Source: Thermoproteota archaeon | GTDB lineage: Archaea > Thermoproteota > Thermoprotei > Thermofilales > B9-G17 | Assembly: GCA_029258885.1 (NCBI GenBank) | Contig: JAPDJW010000001.1 | Coordinates: forward strand, 36,089-100,088 | Direction: 5' to 3' | Length of the DNA: 64,000 nucleotides | Shown here: positions 60,964-64,000 of the stretch, piece after piece | Layout: each line of letters starts with the position of its first letter | Position numbering within the stretch: position 1 is the first letter of the stretch | Program-made: the position numbers and the translations under genes | The notes under the pieces: model-generated | The model's database searches: none | What the model was told of the DNA's origin: nothing | What the model saw: the letters and a program-made list of their open reading frames with translations, nothing else

Positions 60964-61674
60964 CTATAATTTATTCAGTAATATTAGTCTGAAATCACTT
61001 ACCGTATCTTCTATTATATCCGAGGTATCCTCTAGCATATCGACTATTTCCTTTATAAGTATCGTTTGATGAAGGAGCTTCATTGTATCCAAGATTGCGA
61101 AGCTAGTTTTCCTATATTTCTCATCAATGTCTCGTTCCAAGTTTTCTATTTTTTCACAAAGTGTGAGGGAGTGTGGTGGATTAACTATTAGGGAGGAGGT
61201 CATAGCTATAAACGTTTTAACCATTATTGAAAGGCTATCTAGAAGATCTAGTATGGAGGAGCTAATTCTTGTATCTATCTGCCATCCCTTTGTAATATAG
61301 TATTCCAGCCTATACATAATGCCGAGCACTTTATCAGAAACGCTATAAACCTTGGCAGTGATTCTTATCCATTCCTCTTTATTCATTAATGCAGGATAAG
61401 TCTTAGAGATATACGCAAGAACATCTTTTCGAAGAATTTCGATTTCAGACTTTAGATCCTTTGCCTTATTGATAATTTCTGTCATACCGTTTTTCTCTAT
61501 ACTATTAGAATTGGTAACGATGTATCTCACTAATTCTAGCATATCGCTTATTTTTCGTGTTTCATTCACTATTATTTCAGCTATCCTATCGCCAGCTATC
61601 GCTATGATTCTGCCTCCTTCTACGTCTTCTCTATTCAGTTTCTCCATATCTTCCCCACCAACATTAACTTCCAA
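60964..61674 (-). CDS. hypothetical helical protein, possibly DUF47/PhoU-like
   Basis: 236 aa, all-helical. Repeated E...D...D patterns (IVDMLEDTSDIIEDTVSDF) resemble PhoU/DUF47 proteins. Weak. Confidence 0.35.
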   Translation of the reverse strand: MEVNVGGEDMEKLNREDVEGGRIIAIAGDRIAEIIVNETRKISDMLELVRYIVTNSNSIEKNGMTEIINKAKDLKSEIEILRKDVLAYISKTYPALMNKEEWIRITAKVYSVSDKVLGIMYRLEYYITKGWQIDTRISSSILDLLDSLSIMVKTFIAMTSSLIVNPPHSLTLCEKIENLERDIDEKYRKTSFAILDTMKLLHQTILIKEIVDMLEDTSDIIEDTVSDFRLILLNKL

Positions 61675-61807
61675 TAAGATTATATATTTAGCGTTCTTCG
61701 ACGGAGGCTAAAGCCTCTATTTCTGTTTCAGCTACATAAGTATTCCTGAAGATAAACTTATATCTAAGTGCTAGAATTTCATCAGATAACTGAGCGGGGA
61801 GGATAAA

Positions 61808-62314
61808 ATGCCATTAAGGCCGGGACGATGCTATAGACACTTTGGAACACCACCTTATACTCGTAAGGAGTACATTAAAAGTATACCTCCAGTCATGATT
61901 CCAAAGTTTGACCTAGGCAACTTGAAAGGAGATTTTCCGGTCATAGTAAAATTGGTATCCAAGGAGGCCGGTCAAATACGTATGAACGCAATCGAGGCGG
62001 CTAGGATAATATCGCATAAATACTTGGCATCAAAGGTAGGTGAAAATAACTATCACTTAAGGATAAGCATCTATCCTCACCACATTTTAAGGGAGAATAA
62101 AATGATGGCAATGGCAGGAGCCGATAGATTGCAGGATGGCATGAGAAAGGCTTTCGGCACTCCAATAGGCAGGGCTGCTAGGGTTAGGGCAAACCAAGTA
62201 TTGATGTATGTTAGAACATACCCCCAAAATATTGATAAGGCTAAAGAGGCGCTACGTAGAGCATCATCAAAACTACCTATTCCATCAAGAATAGAAATAG
62301 AATATCCTTCCTAA
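61808..62314 (+). CDS. rpl10e: 50S ribosomal protein L10e (uL16)
   Basis: MPLRPGRCYRHFGTPPYTRKEYIK...GADRLQDGMRKAFG. Confidence 0.92.
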   Translation: MPLRPGRCYRHFGTPPYTRKEYIKSIPPVMIPKFDLGNLKGDFPVIVKLVSKEAGQIRMNAIEAARIISHKYLASKVGENNYHLRISIYPHHILRENKMMAMAGADRLQDGMRKAFGTPIGRAARVRANQVLMYVRTYPQNIDKAKEALRRASSKLPIPSRIEIEYPS

Positions 62315-62356
62315 AATAATATGGTTGTTATTAGAAGTACCTAGGGATTTGGAAGG

Positions 62357-63070
62357 ATGATATCCGCCATACATAGAGATAGGGTTAATATTTGTACAAA
62401 GATATGGAGTAGCATAGTAAAAGGCGATATATCGAGCAGGAAAAAAGCTAGGAAAGTATTAGCTACAGAATATAAGAAAAACAGCATTGAACCACTAAGA
62501 GGTAGATCCAAGATAGATCTGGCAGACAAAGAGCTAATAACGTTATATCTCGTAGGAAAGTACGGCCTAGGATTATATAAGGAATACCCACTCGTTTTTA
62601 AGAAAATATTCAGTAAAGAGATAGTATTCGAGGAGGTATTAAACAAAATATTAGAGCATCCTGAAAAGGCGGAGGAAATACTCAAGGAGACTTATGGCAA
62701 CAAATTAAACGAAAACATAATTTTTAGAATAATTAGGCTATGTTTCACAGCAATTGTCCTAGGTTTTAGAAGCGAAGACGACTTAGTTAAACTGGTAAGT
62801 ATCTTAAAGAAAGTTTTCCCGGAACTACGTAAAAGATTTCTTAGCTTCATAAAATTCTACGTTGCATTTAGGATAGCCGAAAGAATAGTGGGGGGCGAAC
62901 TTAGGAATAGGATAGAGAAAGAGGCACTAAAACACTCCTTATGTATAAAATTTGGAGAAGAAAAATGTGCTCCATCCGATGATTTCATAAGATACATAGC
63001 AAAGGAGGTACTAAAGGGCGAGGAATACAAAATCAATAGGGTTTTCAAAACTGAGATAAACGTGATTTAA
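62357..63070 (+). CDS. hypothetical protein
   Basis: 237-aa helical ORF with no motif recognised. Confidence 0.35.
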   Translation: MISAIHRDRVNICTKIWSSIVKGDISSRKKARKVLATEYKKNSIEPLRGRSKIDLADKELITLYLVGKYGLGLYKEYPLVFKKIFSKEIVFEEVLNKILEHPEKAEEILKETYGNKLNENIIFRIIRLCFTAIVLGFRSEDDLVKLVSILKKVFPELRKRFLSFIKFYVAFRIAERIVGGELRNRIEKEALKHSLCIKFGEEKCAPSDDFIRYIAKEVLKGEEYKINRVFKTEINVI

Positions 63071-63957
63071 CGAGTAAGAATAACAATTCTAGGGTAAACG
63101 TCACCCTGTCTAATTCTAAATTGATCTAGTACTGTAAACCCTAGATTTTCCGCTATATCCCTTATATTCTTCAACGATAATAGACAGGCTATACCTCCAG
63201 GAAATATTATGTTGCTCAATGCCTTAAGAAATCTTCTAAGGAACCTTTTCGACAATCTTATTCTAATACCGTAAGGTAGGTTTGAAATAATGTACCTAAT
63301 TTTCACTCTAAATAGTTTATCCATCAAAGTCGCATCGGAGACTATGAGATGCATCCTAGAGTATACGCCAGCCGCTAAAGCGTTCGTTTTCGCTCCGAGA
63401 ACGTGCTTGAAGTTTATGTCTATTCCTATAAAATCGGATCCACATAGATCGTTAGCTGCTTCAATAAGTATAGTTCCGCTTCCACATAGAGGATCTAGAA
63501 CTCTTTCTCCATTCGATGGGTTTGCCAGAATAAACATGGAATATGCTATTATAGGATTAAGGGATGAAGGATGAATGTAAACTTTATATCCTCTATCCCT
63601 AAGCGAAACCTTGTATCCTGTAATATCTATGCATAGAAGAAAATGTTTCCGAGAAAATTCAGCATAGAAGGTTACGTCAGGATTATCTAAAATTACTGTG
63701 GGAGCAAAGCCATAGTGTTTCTCCAAAATTTCAATAATTTTCTGACCCAGCAATCTAGCCAGCTCGCTTGAGGTTTGCTCCATTGTAGCTAGCTTATTAA
63801 CTGAAACCCTAAAGCTCATAAATGGACTTATGTATTCGTGAAGCGGAATACTGCTTAAGCTAGAAATGAGTTCGTTAACATTACATGTTTCTTCGTTAAG
63901 GCGTACTTCATGGAGAATTAAATATATTTTTTCAACGGTTTTAACGTTGCGACACAA
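63067..63957 (-). CDS. THUMP-domain RNA (guanine-N2) methyltransferase (Trm11/Trm14-like)
   Basis: N-terminal THUMP-like half. SAM motif VLDPLCGSGTILIEAA, DIN, and the catalytic SNLPYG tetrad. Confidence 0.7.
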   Translation of the reverse strand: MCRNVKTVEKIYLILHEVRLNEETCNVNELISSLSSIPLHEYISPFMSFRVSVNKLATMEQTSSELARLLGQKIIEILEKHYGFAPTVILDNPDVTFYAEFSRKHFLLCIDITGYKVSLRDRGYKVYIHPSSLNPIIAYSMFILANPSNGERVLDPLCGSGTILIEAANDLCGSDFIGIDINFKHVLGAKTNALAAGVYSRMHLIVSDATLMDKLFRVKIRYIISNLPYGIRIRLSKRFLRRFLKALSNIIFPGGIACLLSLKNIRDIAENLGFTVLDQFRIRQGDVYPRIVILTR

Positions 63958-64000
63958 TAAGTTAATAACGTTATCATCCTTTACACAACAAAAAACTCTG

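Noticed and set aside
61675-61807. Minus-strand CTGATGA ... CTGA pair upstream of rpl10e, as a C/D sRNA candidate
   Set aside because: There are 47 nt between the boxes, with no recognisable C'/D' pair and no complementary termini. Probably chance in AT-rich DNA.

Overview
This is a 64 kb chromosomal segment from an AT-rich hyperthermophilic crenarchaeon. The Desulfurococcales-like assignment is an inference from three things: protein-coding DNA is roughly 35% GC against about 65-70% GC for structural RNAs, the 16S-23S operon has no spacer tRNA and no linked 5S, and the 16S carries the GGTGTCAGCCGCCGCGGTAATACC signature. The window is almost entirely information-processing housekeeping. It holds all three aIF2 subunits (gamma 6282-7535, beta 47032-47460, alpha 54017-54826), aIF5A, and ribosomal proteins S6e, S27e, L44e and L10e. 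It also holds proteasome beta, RNAP subunits Rpo4 and a probable Rpo8, TFS and Alba. A replisome cluster runs PolB, PCNA, PriL, PriS and a GINS-like protein. There are many tRNA/rRNA maturation genes: Trm5, ArcTGT, Elp3 with a methyltransferase, EndA, a THUMP methyltransferase, Nop10, Clp1-like kinase and RNase P RNA. RNA genes are one 16S-23S operon, RNase P RNA (minus strand) and five tRNAs: Leu-CAG, Ile-GAU, CAU, Lys-CUU, and an Arg-GCG that I read as carrying two mini-introns. Metabolic and envelope genes include enolase, an aminotransferase, AOR plus ferredoxin, AglB, a GT4 glycosyltransferase, a GalE-like epimerase, a GalU-like transferase and a duplicated ABC ATPase. I found no CRISPR array, transposase, integrase or obvious mobile element. 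The items most worth a second look are: (1) a cluster of substitutions at normally invariant peptidyl-transferase-centre positions of the 23S rRNA, one of them compensatory; (2) the double-intron tRNA-Arg; (3) tandem paralogous polytopic membrane proteins with a P-loop-less RecA/KaiC-like cytoplasmic domain; (4) a 97-aa protein built from four Cx6C helices; (5) a membrane-anchored HerA/FtsK-type ATPase with no partner genes; (6) a small Cys/His protein translationally coupled to PolB. All functional calls come from reading motifs in the supplied translations; no database search was possible.
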